Shown here in pieces: positions 17,518 to 25,825 of a DNA stretch of 64,000 nt. The translations under genes and the position numbers were made by a program. This DNA is from a virus. Position 1 is the stretch's first letter. Every line of letters starts with the position of its first letter. Under the pieces are notes generated by a model that was not told the origin of the DNA, searched no databases, and saw only the letters and a program-made list of their open reading frames with translations. Location of the stretch: positions 1 through 64,000 of the IMG/VR virus record IMGVR_UViG_3300025669_000020, one strand, 5' to 3'.

Positions 17518-19197
17518 ATGCCCTACACCATTCCCCAGATGGAAGCCGAGCTGGCCCAGTACCGGGACGCCAAGTTCCAGAAGGGCATCAAGATGACCGT
17601 GGAACAGGTATCCGCAGTCGTCGGCCCCGAATTCAAGGAGATGAATGAGAACCCTCCCCCCTCCGTGGTCAAGGTACGCGAGGAGATGGAAGGGAAGACC
17701 ACGAAGACTGCATATTTCACCGTCATCATCCCCCCGGTCAAGGGCAAGGACAAGCCCACTAAGTGGCATGGCACCAAGACCCTGCAACGGGGTGCCTTCG
17801 ACACAAAGAGGGAAGCCGATGCGTGGGCAGAGGAACACATCCCCGGTTCCAAATACTCCTTGAAGAAGTTCCCAGGCAAGGTCAATCCTGGCAAGACCGC
17901 TGGGCGTGGGTTCGTCAAGACCAAGAAGTCCAAGCTGCCCAACGTGAACGGCGTCTGGTCCTCTGTAGACCTGGGCTTCCACCCGGACGGCACGACCGAG
18001 ATCACCTTGCACACCCGCAAGAAGACCGACTTCTCGATGAGCACCCACATCAGCCATGACCACGGGCCCGCCGATTTCGACTCCATCATCGCGGACTTGA
18101 AGAAGGGCAAGATGCCCAAGGGCTTCAAGCACAACGAGGGTGCCAAATTCAAGCCTGGCAAGACCGGCTCCGAAGAGGAAGCACGCTTCGAGGAGGGTGT
18201 CCCTGCTGACCCCACCGAGAACATGTCGGAAGAGGAAGCCAAGAAGTGGCGTCTGGAGAACCTCCAGAACCGTGACAACTTCAAGGAATCCTCCGAGTCC
18301 GGGGATGCAGAACAGGAAGCTGAAGGCGCTGAGGACAGGGCTGAGGCTGATGAAGACAAGGCCCAGGCCGAACGTGAAGAGGCTGATGCCGCTCGCACCA
18401 AGGAGTCCGCCATGAGCACGCGCCAGCGTCTGACCTGGAAGGTCGCAGAATCGCAGGTTCCCGTAGGTGACGAGCCCAAGCCCGACGACCCCGAGATCAA
18501 GGGCTTCCAGCCTGGCCACACCACCCCAGAGGGCTTCGAGCCTGGTCACAAGACCGCTGACTCCCAGGTTCCCGTAGGGGATGAGGGTCGTGATGAGACG
18601 GACGTGACCACGGGCTACGAGCCTGGCTCCGATGACCCCGACTGTGACTGCCAGAAGAAGGAAGCAGCCCAGGCTGCTGCTGGCCTCTATGGCTACACCA
18701 AGGCTGTCCAGCGTGACTGTGAAGCCTCCGTCCGCAAGCTCCAGCGTAGGGCCTCAGCCATCGCCAGGAAGGCTTGGCAGAAGGATGAGAAGGTTGCGGC
18801 TTTCCTGACCACCCATGCCAAGCGTGGAAAGTCCCGCTCCGCTCGCATCCTCCTGACAGCCCTCAAGAACATGGGTCCCAAGGTATCCTCCGACAAGACC
18901 GTGACCAAGGAAGCTGCAGTCACCAGCTATGGCATGTACGGGTTCCCTTCCAAGACAGCACGCCTGGGCCTCGCTGCCTGTATGGACGTGAGGGACTTCG
19001 CGGGCACCGTGAGTGCGGATCTGCATCGGCGCAAGGCTTCCCTCTACGAACCCCTCACGGGATTCCTGGGACAGCACACCAAGGCTGCTCGCTGCAACTA
19101 CTCCCGCATGATTCTGGGCACCTACCCGGATGCCAGCATCCGGATCGCCTCCGCTGCCCCGAAGGGAGTGGCAGGATGGATCAGCTGGGAAGACTAG
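17518..19197 (+). CDS. modular putative virion (internal head) protein
   Basis: AAGGAG RBS; internal repeats (SQVPVGDE x2, G(F/Y)xPG x3, duplicated GxYG(Y/F) domain) separated by KTA/KEA/KVA. Confidence 0.6.
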   Translation: MPYTIPQMEAELAQYRDAKFQKGIKMTVEQVSAVVGPEFKEMNENPPPSVVKVREEMEGKTTKTAYFTVIIPPVKGKDKPTKWHGTKTLQRGAFDTKREADAWAEEHIPGSKYSLKKFPGKVNPGKTAGRGFVKTKKSKLPNVNGVWSSVDLGFHPDGTTEITLHTRKKTDFSMSTHISHDHGPADFDSIIADLKKGKMPKGFKHNEGAKFKPGKTGSEEEARFEEGVPADPTENMSEEEAKKWRLENLQNRDNFKESSESGDAEQEAEGAEDRAEADEDKAQAEREEADAARTKESAMSTRQRLTWKVAESQVPVGDEPKPDDPEIKGFQPGHTTPEGFEPGHKTADSQVPVGDEGRDETDVTTGYEPGSDDPDCDCQKKEAAQAAAGLYGYTKAVQRDCEASVRKLQRRASAIARKAWQKDEKVAAFLTTHAKRGKSRSARILLTALKNMGPKVSSDKTVTKEAAVTSYGMYGFPSKTARLGLAACMDVRDFAGTVSADLHRRKASLYEPLTGFLGQHTKAARCNYSRMILGTYPDASIRIASAAPKGVAGWISWED

Positions 19198-19394
19198 GCG
19201 TCACCCTGCTGCCCAGCCCAGGCCCACAAAGACAGCACCCGCAAGGCGGGTAGCTGCCGGTACATCCGTTCGCCCAGCTCCTCCCCGTAGATGAGGTGCA
19301 TGACGCATCTTGCCCACGCGGAGGCTGCCTGGAGTTCTTGAACCCTCCCGGTGAAGACTGCTTGCTCTTGGCTGTTGGTGTGGTGTCGGATCAT
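19194..19394 (-). CDS. hypothetical protein
   Basis: Fills the gap after 19405..20238; G-rich RBS. Confidence 0.35.
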   Translation of the reverse strand: MIRHHTNSQEQAVFTGRVQELQAASAWARCVMHLIYGEELGERMYRQLPALRVLSLWAWAGQQGDA

Positions 19395-19404
19395 CCCCTG
19401 CCCC

Positions 19405-20238
19405 CTAGGTTGGAGTACAGTCTTTGTGCCGGAGGCCAGCCGTACTCCAGTAGGCCTCCACGCCTGCTGGGATTTTCTCCCCGCAGACAAAACACACACC
19501 CTCATTCTGAACCACGAAGAGCATCTCGCCGGATCCCTTGAGGGTACCAGGATCCGCGTCCTCCATCATAGTCACCAGGTGATCAAGTTCCGGGTCGTTG
19601 ATGGCTGCATCGGGCTCATCATCTGGGTCGCCCACGGGGTCTATGGCTTCCAGATCTTGCGGGTCTACATCCACCATCTCAGCATTGATTTTGTCCTGTT
19701 CATCGAGCAGGACAGCGAGTTGGGCAAGGTAGAAATGAGTCTGATCCCTGCAGGTAGCCCCCAGGGTGCATTCCCAGCAGACATCCTTGTCGGAGTAGTG
19801 CCCCATGCAGCCGTGGCTCTCTATGGCCAGGGCTCGGAGATAGCGATCCTTGTTGTACGTGTCTGCGGCTCCCTGCAAGTGGAAGCAGACCCCTGATTCA
19901 TTTACGGGGGTGGTTGTCTCGGGCTTTTCGAGCAGGGCTTTTGCAGCCATGACACCCTCCGTGGTGAGATACCACCTGCCTCGGGTCTTGGGCACCAATT
20001 CCAGGAGCCCCTCTTCCCGTAGGATTCGGGTAGCAGCCCATCCGATCCAGACATGGAGCCAGGGACGACCTGAGCCCTTCTGGATGCCGTACTGATCCTC
20101 CGTCAACCCCTCCGTCTCCAGGACCACCCTGCACACATCCTTGTAGGACACATCCTTCTCGGGGGTCAGATCACAAAGGTTTCCGAGAGCCCGCAGCGCA
20201 GGCTCCCGGAATGTCTTAGCGGTAGGGCGTTCAACCAT
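19405..20238 (-). CDS. Mrr N-terminal-like winged-helix protein with Cys clusters
   Basis: FREPALRAL...WIGWAATRILREEGLL..RGRWYLTTEG matches the Mrr_N pattern; CWEC and CFVC..H..C; no nuclease motif. Confidence 0.65.
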   Translation of the reverse strand: MVERPTAKTFREPALRALGNLCDLTPEKDVSYKDVCRVVLETEGLTEDQYGIQKGSGRPWLHVWIGWAATRILREEGLLELVPKTRGRWYLTTEGVMAAKALLEKPETTTPVNESGVCFHLQGAADTYNKDRYLRALAIESHGCMGHYSDKDVCWECTLGATCRDQTHFYLAQLAVLLDEQDKINAEMVDVDPQDLEAIDPVGDPDDEPDAAINDPELDHLVTMMEDADPGTLKGSGEMLFVVQNEGVCFVCGEKIPAGVEAYWSTAGLRHKDCTPT

Positions 20239-20278
20239 ACTCCCCCTTACCCCTTGGGGGCAGGAAAAGCACAGGGGA

Positions 20279-21004
20279 CTACGCGACCTGGCTCATGTCC
20301 ACCGGCACGTCGCTGGCGTTGTCCAGGGCATCCTGACCCAGCCAAGTGCTCGTGGCACCTTCGGCGCGGAGCAGGAACTCACCGTCCCGCTTCAGGATGA
20401 ACTGGCGGAGCTTGCCGATGGGGAGCTGGCTGCGGAGCCAGTTCTTGACCACCACGTCGCCACGGCTGTTGGCGGCGGGGATGGGACCGTTGGGGGCGGG
20501 CTCCAGGCACTTGCGGCCGATGACGAGGCCCTGCAGGTAGATGGTGCCCTTCTCTTCGGCCTTGTCACCGATGTAGACGCGGCAGTTGGGAACACGCTCA
20601 CCGTCCACCACGAGGGGTTCGAACACGTCCGCGGTGGTAGCGCGGCTGGTGCCGGCGGCGGTGCTGTCGAAGCTGTCCTTGAGGTCAGCGAGGGCGATCA
20701 CAACATCGTCCATGGTGAGGTCGGCACCGCTCTTGCCGGTGAGGCCCGCACCGCGCACCTCTTCCAGCACGGTTTCGGGGTCCATCCCCTCCAGCTGGGC
20801 GCGGGAGCGCATGACCAGGGAGCCGTAGTTGAAGCCGAAGTAGAGGACGTAGTGCATGGTGGCGTCGCCGTACAGCTTCTTGGCGGCACCGCGACCCTTG
20901 TTCTTGCCCTTCAGGGTGGTGATGAGGCCGATGAAGCGGCCCTTGGTCATTCCCTGCATGTTGGCGGCGAGGACGGGGGTGGGGGAGGCGTTGGTGGCGG
21001 GCAT
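20279..21004 (-). CDS. hypothetical protein (strongly GC3-biased, likely highly expressed)
   Basis: Own class A promoter motif and AGAGGA RBS. Confidence 0.7.
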   Translation of the reverse strand: MPATNASPTPVLAANMQGMTKGRFIGLITTLKGKNKGRGAAKKLYGDATMHYVLYFGFNYGSLVMRSRAQLEGMDPETVLEEVRGAGLTGKSGADLTMDDVVIALADLKDSFDSTAAGTSRATTADVFEPLVVDGERVPNCRVYIGDKAEEKGTIYLQGLVIGRKCLEPAPNGPIPAANSRGDVVVKNWLRSQLPIGKLRQFILKRDGEFLLRAEGATSTWLGQDALDNASDVPVDMSQVA

Positions 21005-21047
21005 GGTCTGGTTCCTCTTGGGGAGTGGGGGTCTTCGGTCATTTCTA

Positions 21048-21073
21048 CTACGCAGGAGTCCTCGGGACTGAAC
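21048..21073 (-). promoter_or_regulatory. class A promoter motif GTTCAG-N14-GCGTAG
   Basis: Same motif and spacing as the 21374-21399 copy. Confidence 0.6.
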
Positions 21074-21075
21074 CT

Positions 21076-21345
21076 CTAATCATCGATGCGGACGCCGATT
21101 TCTGCCATCAGGGTTTCGAACCAGGAGCCGAACATGACATCCTTGGGCCAGCCGGTCATGTCGATGCTGGCGTACTGACCCTTGGTCTCGAAAGACCTGT
21201 TGGCCTCATGGACATCGAGTGTCATGCCAACCTGTTCCCCAGCCTTGATCGCGAAAGCGTGGGCAGCCTTTTCGGCGTCGGGGCCCTCGAAGACGCGGAG
21301 GTCAAAGAAGTGGCCGGTGAAGGTTTCGTTGTTGGGGCGGGGCAT
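21076..21345 (-). CDS. hypothetical protein (89 aa)
   Basis: ATG at 21345 with a leader nearly identical to that of the 21004 gene. Confidence 0.7.
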   Translation of the reverse strand: MPRPNNETFTGHFFDLRVFEGPDAEKAAHAFAIKAGEQVGMTLDVHEANRSFETKGQYASIDMTGWPKDVMFGSWFETLMAEIGVRIDD

Positions 21346-21373
21346 GCTCTGGTTCCTCTTGGGGTCATCCCTA

Positions 21374-21399
21374 CTACGCAGAGACCCCCAGAACTGAAC
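21374..21399 (-). promoter_or_regulatory. class A promoter motif GTTCAG-N14-GCGTAG
   Basis: Second copy, upstream of the 21345 start. Confidence 0.6.
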
Positions 21400-21514
21400 A
21401 TGATTTCGCATCTTCTTCGAGCACAGAAGCTTTGGCGCTGCCCGCCAGGCCCTTGCGGGTCTAGGAGGCAGCGTGGGGTTGCCGGTAAGGGCAGCTTCAG
21501 TCTGTGAGGGCCTG

Positions 21515-22906
21515 CTACTCGAAAAAGATTGCCGGGATTTCTTTGAGTTCGCCTTCCTGCTGTGCTTTCTGTAGAACGCCACGGATGGTTGCGACCAGGG
21601 ACGCTGCCCTGTTCCGGCTGACACCCTCGATACGAGCGATGTCGTTGATGTCGGAGCCTTCCAGCATGTAGGCGCGGGCCAGCCGCACATACCGCTCGGG
21701 GGCTCCCTGCTTGTGCCGCCTGATGACCTTCTCGATGACGCTGAACCCGTAGCTCCGGGAAAGCCTCTCGCTGATCTCATCTTCGAGATCGCCACCGCAG
21801 ACATCCATCAGGGGTGCCTTCTGCCCAATACCCGAAACGATGGTGCTCTCACGCCCTTCGCTGTTCGTCTGCAGGAAGATGGGGTCCAGATCGCTTGAGT
21901 GCATGGTGTCGGCCAGCAGATCCTGGGGCCCACCCTCAGACATGCTCTGGAGGTGCCGACGATCACGTTCGGTGAGAGCACCCTTGAAGGAGCGGGTGTG
22001 GGCATCTCTGCCCTCGTTGCGGAACTGGGAGCATGCCTGGCGGGCTGCCCAGCGGCAGAGCTGGCTCACACAGGGGTGCTTCCCAGCCTTGATGCGAGGA
22101 CGCAGGCCATCTCGGCTCATCAGGCTGGTCAGGTAGTTGTTGACCAGATCCAGAATCTCGTTGAAGTCCCGGCTGCGGGGGAACTTGGCAGACAGGTGCC
22201 GCTCCATCTTCGGGTAGAATTCGGGGAGCACACTATTGAGCCAGAACGTCGTGACGTTCCACTCGGAATAGTCCGCACGGATGCCCAGGGCCTTCTCCAC
22301 ACCAGAGGGGGTCAGAACCCACAGGCCCTTCTTCTGCTGCACGAGCCCAGCACTCACCAGGACAGGCAGCGCCTTCTCCACCAGAGCCAGAGCGTCCTTC
22401 CTGTGGATGCTGTTATCCATCAGGGGCACGATGCGGTATCCCCACATCTTCAGGGGGACACCCTTGGTCTTGTACAGGTTGGCTTCAGCCAGGGCGTGCA
22501 GGATGGGGTTCGTGAGGGTTCCCATGTCGAGGTCTGCCTGACGGAGAGACAGGGCAGATTCGACCCCCGCTTCTGTGAGAGTCCAGAACCCCCTGCTCGT
22601 TCCGGGTGCTCCCTTGATGCGAGCAGCCATTCCCTTTGCCTGCAGGTGGATGAAGGCGCGGCGGATACGGTGGTAGACACCAGCCTTGTACACCTTCTTT
22701 CCAGCGGCATTGAATTTGAAGCCCTCCATCTCCCAGGGGCAGTTGTCAGGGTCGATGCCTGATGCCATCAGTGTGGGGTGGTACTGTGACCGAGGGGTCA
22801 GCGGAACACCAGCGGTGTGCTTTGTGCTTTCTCCGAGGGTACGAAGAAGGGGGTTGTAGAATACCTGGGGCGCAGGGCCCTTGTAGGAAGCGTCTTTCCG
22901 GGGCAT
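21515..22906 (-). CDS. sigma70-like factor (regions 2 and 4) fused to two N-terminal Mrr_N-like wHTH repeats
   Basis: GFWTLTEAGV and GLWVLTPSGV repeats; region-2-like ILDLVNNYL..LCRWAARQACSQFR; HTH EGSDINDIARIEGVSRNRA. Confidence 0.6.
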   Translation of the reverse strand: MPRKDASYKGPAPQVFYNPLLRTLGESTKHTAGVPLTPRSQYHPTLMASGIDPDNCPWEMEGFKFNAAGKKVYKAGVYHRIRRAFIHLQAKGMAARIKGAPGTSRGFWTLTEAGVESALSLRQADLDMGTLTNPILHALAEANLYKTKGVPLKMWGYRIVPLMDNSIHRKDALALVEKALPVLVSAGLVQQKKGLWVLTPSGVEKALGIRADYSEWNVTTFWLNSVLPEFYPKMERHLSAKFPRSRDFNEILDLVNNYLTSLMSRDGLRPRIKAGKHPCVSQLCRWAARQACSQFRNEGRDAHTRSFKGALTERDRRHLQSMSEGGPQDLLADTMHSSDLDPIFLQTNSEGRESTIVSGIGQKAPLMDVCGGDLEDEISERLSRSYGFSVIEKVIRRHKQGAPERYVRLARAYMLEGSDINDIARIEGVSRNRAASLVATIRGVLQKAQQEGELKEIPAIFFE

Positions 22907-23115
22907 TCAGTCTCCGTCGCATGGCAGGAAACCAGGCGTTGGGGTCAGGGGAGGGTGAATCACGACAGGGACAAGTAAGGTCAGGACGTGACTTCCCAGC
23001 CAGAGTATAGGAGGGGGGCGTACCTGTCAAGAGCCCATTCGGGACTTTCTACAACTTCCCGAAAAAGGGCGTTAACGGCACACAACAGAGAGCCCCCAGG
23101 GGTGCCTCGCGGTTT

Positions 23116-23130
23116 CGGTTATCCTTCTAT
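23116..23130 (+). promoter_or_regulatory. class B motif CGGT-N7-CTAT
   Basis: CGGTTATCCTTCTAT, an identical 15-mer to the copy at 49402. Confidence 0.6.
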
Positions 23131-23170
23131 CTCTTCGGGGGGGTGTACCCACCAGGGATAGAGGAAGATC

Positions 23171-24100
23171 ATGCTTCACCGTGTAGCCACCCGTTGGATT
23201 CTGAAGACCGGCTCTATGGAAACGATGTTCGATGCTGTCATCAGGGCACGCATCTTGGAGCTTGTAGCAGGCGTTACGAAGAACACCTGGACAAGGAACC
23301 CCAAGTATGGGCTCCCTGCAGCTGCGAAGTATTTCCGAGAGAACTACGAGGTCGAGCTGGACGATTCCTGGCTGGAGACCAACAGCCAGAATCTCTACAA
23401 GGCCATGTGGCACAAGGCCCGTTCCATTACGGGTAACGACATCGATGCTGAAGATGTCATCCAGAATGTGATCGGAGAGATCTCCACCAAGACAGGGGCT
23501 TTCCACTATCTGGCTGGCAGGTTCGGAGATACGGTCCGGGAAACAGGGAAGGGTCTGGGAGCCTTTCGATCTCACCTCATCAATCATGTTCGCCAGAAGG
23601 CTATTGATGTGAAGAGGTTGAGCACCCGTGAAGATGCGTACCGGCAGAGGGTGGCTCCCATCAAGACCAACGTGACCCCAGGACAGGTCACCGAAGGTGT
23701 CCCCCATGATGTCACCTCTCTTCGGATGGATGACTCGGGAACCAGCCTCCACATGACCCTCACCCGCTCTCCCAACGGCAGGAAATTCTGGAACCGGCTT
23801 CTGGACAAGCTGAAGACAAAGTTCAGGCAGCCTCACTATGTGGAAATCTTCCAGAAGCGGATCGAACTGGGCAAGAGGGGCATCTCCAACAAGCAGCTCG
23901 CACAGGAGTACAACATCTCAGGAACTGCTGTAGGTGCCATCCTTCGTAAGGTCGGGGTAGCAGCCACCGAGATCGTTGAGAAGGATCCTGTACTGAGGGC
24001 CTTCGCTGACAAGCTCCTGATCGGAGAGACCCTAGGACTCGGTGGTTCCCATACCCGACTGTCCTCCGAGAGGGTGGCTACCAAGTTCCTCTCCCAGTGA
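23171..24100 (+). CDS. ECF/sigma70-like factor
   Basis: Region 2 DAEDVIQNV..FRSHLINHVRQKAIDVKR; region 4 GISNKQLAQEYNISGTAVGAIL; RVATRW and RVATKF tags at the termini. Confidence 0.7.
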   Translation: MLHRVATRWILKTGSMETMFDAVIRARILELVAGVTKNTWTRNPKYGLPAAAKYFRENYEVELDDSWLETNSQNLYKAMWHKARSITGNDIDAEDVIQNVIGEISTKTGAFHYLAGRFGDTVRETGKGLGAFRSHLINHVRQKAIDVKRLSTREDAYRQRVAPIKTNVTPGQVTEGVPHDVTSLRMDDSGTSLHMTLTRSPNGRKFWNRLLDKLKTKFRQPHYVEIFQKRIELGKRGISNKQLAQEYNISGTAVGAILRKVGVAATEIVEKDPVLRAFADKLLIGETLGLGGSHTRLSSERVATKFLSQ

Positions 24101-24337
24101 TCCCTCTAAGGGATCACCCAGGTATAGAGGCTCCGTGATCCCTCTAAGGGATCACCGGGCTTCCCCTGCAGGGATGTGGATTCTGAAGAGGGACTCAGAT
24201 CAAGATTCCTGTTCCTGCTATAGCAGACAGGGGAGTCCCGTGATCCCTCTGAGGGATCAGAGGCCATATTCCCAACCTTCTAAGTCCCCTTTCAAGGGGG
24301 GGGTCACTTTCTCTCCGTGATCCCTTAGAGGGATCAC
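24097..24337. repeat. four copies of 21-bp palindrome GTGATCCC-N5-GGGATCA(C/G)
   Basis: Copies at 24097, 24135, 24240 and 24317 with irregular spacing; extra palindrome CTGCTATAGCAG near 24215. Confidence 0.9.
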
Positions 24338-24398
24338 CGGGAACGGGGATCGGTTGACTAGGGTATCCTCTCGGAGTAGAACACGGCAGAGGGTCTGA

Positions 24399-25265
24399 AT
24401 GGTCAATGATGCTAGCGGATACCTGTCTCTTCCTGTAGGAATCCTCCAATTCGGAGGAGAGGGGAGCAGCTTGCTCTCCAGGAAGGCACGGATCTGGTTG
24501 TACTACCTCTCCAGGACCCACACTCCCTGTTTGGTGTCCCTGGAGGAATTGGGATTGATCTTGGGGATAGAGAGCCCTGGGGCTATTCGGAAACTGAGGT
24601 CAGAGCTGGTGTCGGAGAGGAAACTGCAGAAGACCTACATCGGCGGAAAGGGATGGGGATATGAGGCATCCTGTCGGAGGATGGATGGGAAGGGGTGGGA
24701 GGCACTCCTGTCAGAGCAGGAACCTGTAGAGGAAAAAAAGAAAGTACAGATCGATGCCTGTTGGCCTGCTGTGTTCCTTCCGACTCCTCAACACCTGAAT
24801 GTTCATCTGAGTGTGGATGACCTGACTCTGAACGAGTGGTGGGGAGCATTGGGGAACCTGATAGGTCACCGGAGCTTCTCCTGGATCATGGACTTACAGA
24901 AACCCAAGACCCAGGAATTCTGGATGAAAGAGATCCGTGCCAGCCTCCTGAAACGGGATGCTCCCAGCCATCGTCATGTTCGGAAGCTGACAGGTGATCC
25001 TGACACCCAGGTTCAGACAGTCCTGCTGGGACTGGCTAGGCACATCGTCTCCAAGGGGGAGACTTGGTGCCCAAGGAGTCCTGTGGCCTATATGCGTGGG
25101 ATGATCCCTCTCTTGGGTGCTCCAAGAGAAAATCTTCCTCTTCCTGACGAGGAGGACGTGGAAGACGATATGATGGTCCTACACGAACAGGGTCTTCATA
25201 CCCTGGTTGCTTTGTCTCAAGAGGGCTGTCATGAATCAGGGTCCGGCACGCACGATTTCTGCTGA
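24399..25265 (+). CDS. hypothetical protein with N-terminal wHTH (candidate replication initiator)
   Basis: VSLEELGLILGIESPGAIRKLRSELV is HTH-like; directly follows the palindrome array and heads the replication block. Confidence 0.45.
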   Translation: MVNDASGYLSLPVGILQFGGEGSSLLSRKARIWLYYLSRTHTPCLVSLEELGLILGIESPGAIRKLRSELVSERKLQKTYIGGKGWGYEASCRRMDGKGWEALLSEQEPVEEKKKVQIDACWPAVFLPTPQHLNVHLSVDDLTLNEWWGALGNLIGHRSFSWIMDLQKPKTQEFWMKEIRASLLKRDAPSHRHVRKLTGDPDTQVQTVLLGLARHIVSKGETWCPRSPVAYMRGMIPLLGAPRENLPLPDEEDVEDDMMVLHEQGLHTLVALSQEGCHESGSGTHDFC

Positions 25266-25608
25266 GGAAGCCAAGACCACTCTGGCGTATCCTTGCTTCT
25301 ACATCCTGATGGGGTTGGCGGAGCCTGTGTTCCCTGGAGCTTCCAGGGCGAAGCCTAGTGTTTTTGTCAGGATCATTCAGACTCATGGTGGTCGTCCCTA
25401 CGATCTCTTGTCTGGGCTCCCTGTGGATGTGCAGTGGAAGCAATGGCAGGAGGAGGTGCTTCCTGTGCTGGAGGATGACCGCTGGAAAGTGAACACCCCC
25501 ATGATGCGGGATGCGTTCAAGCGTGGGGCTGAGCGGGAGTGGGTGGAGAACATTGGGAAGGCTCTCTATGATTCTTTTGAGGATGCGGGGTACGCCCTGA
25601 ACAGCTAG
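25231..25608 (+). CDS. hypothetical protein
   Basis: ATG at 25231 after GAGGG; overlaps the previous gene. Confidence 0.55.
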   Translation: MNQGPARTISAEEAKTTLAYPCFYILMGLAEPVFPGASRAKPSVFVRIIQTHGGRPYDLLSGLPVDVQWKQWQEEVLPVLEDDRWKVNTPMMRDAFKRGAEREWVENIGKALYDSFEDAGYALNS

Positions 25609-25663
25609 GGGGTACTACGGGAGAGGGTTCAGAGTAGAACCCCCTCACCCGCAGGAGCACACC

Positions 25664-25825
25664 ATGGCCAAAGAACCCGAAGTCGTTTGGATCAAGTGCC
25701 GGGGACATCAGAATTGTGAGGGGAACCAGTCTGAGATCGTGTTCAAGAAGCGGCGTCCTGGTGGTGGCTGGTGGGTGCGGTACAAGTGCAAGACTTGTGG
25801 GAGGACATTCCATGTCCAGGTCTAG
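25664..25825 (+). CDS. 53-aa zinc-ribbon protein (not in ORF track)
   Basis: AGGAG RBS; MAKEPEVVWIKCRGHQNCEG...VRYKCKTCGRTFHVQV. Confidence 0.7.
   Translation: MAKEPEVVWIKCRGHQNCEGNQSEIVFKKRRPGGGWWVRYKCKTCGRTFHVQV

Noticed and set aside
21422-21506. Hammerhead ribozyme or c-di-GMP-I riboswitch assignment
   Set aside because: Only fragments of the consensus are present (CUGAAG without GA/GAAA core; GGCAA..GCAA..AAAGC); kept as an unassigned structure.
23004-23030. Sigma70 promoter TTGACA/TATACT on minus strand (also TTGACA at 13976-13981)
   Set aside because: The spacer is only 15 bp here and the -10 is poor at the 13976 site, so neither was called as a feature.
24097-24337. Possible mini CRISPR array
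   Set aside because: Repeats are only 21 bp, spacers are 17, 84 and 56 bp, one copy is inverted, and there is no cas operon.
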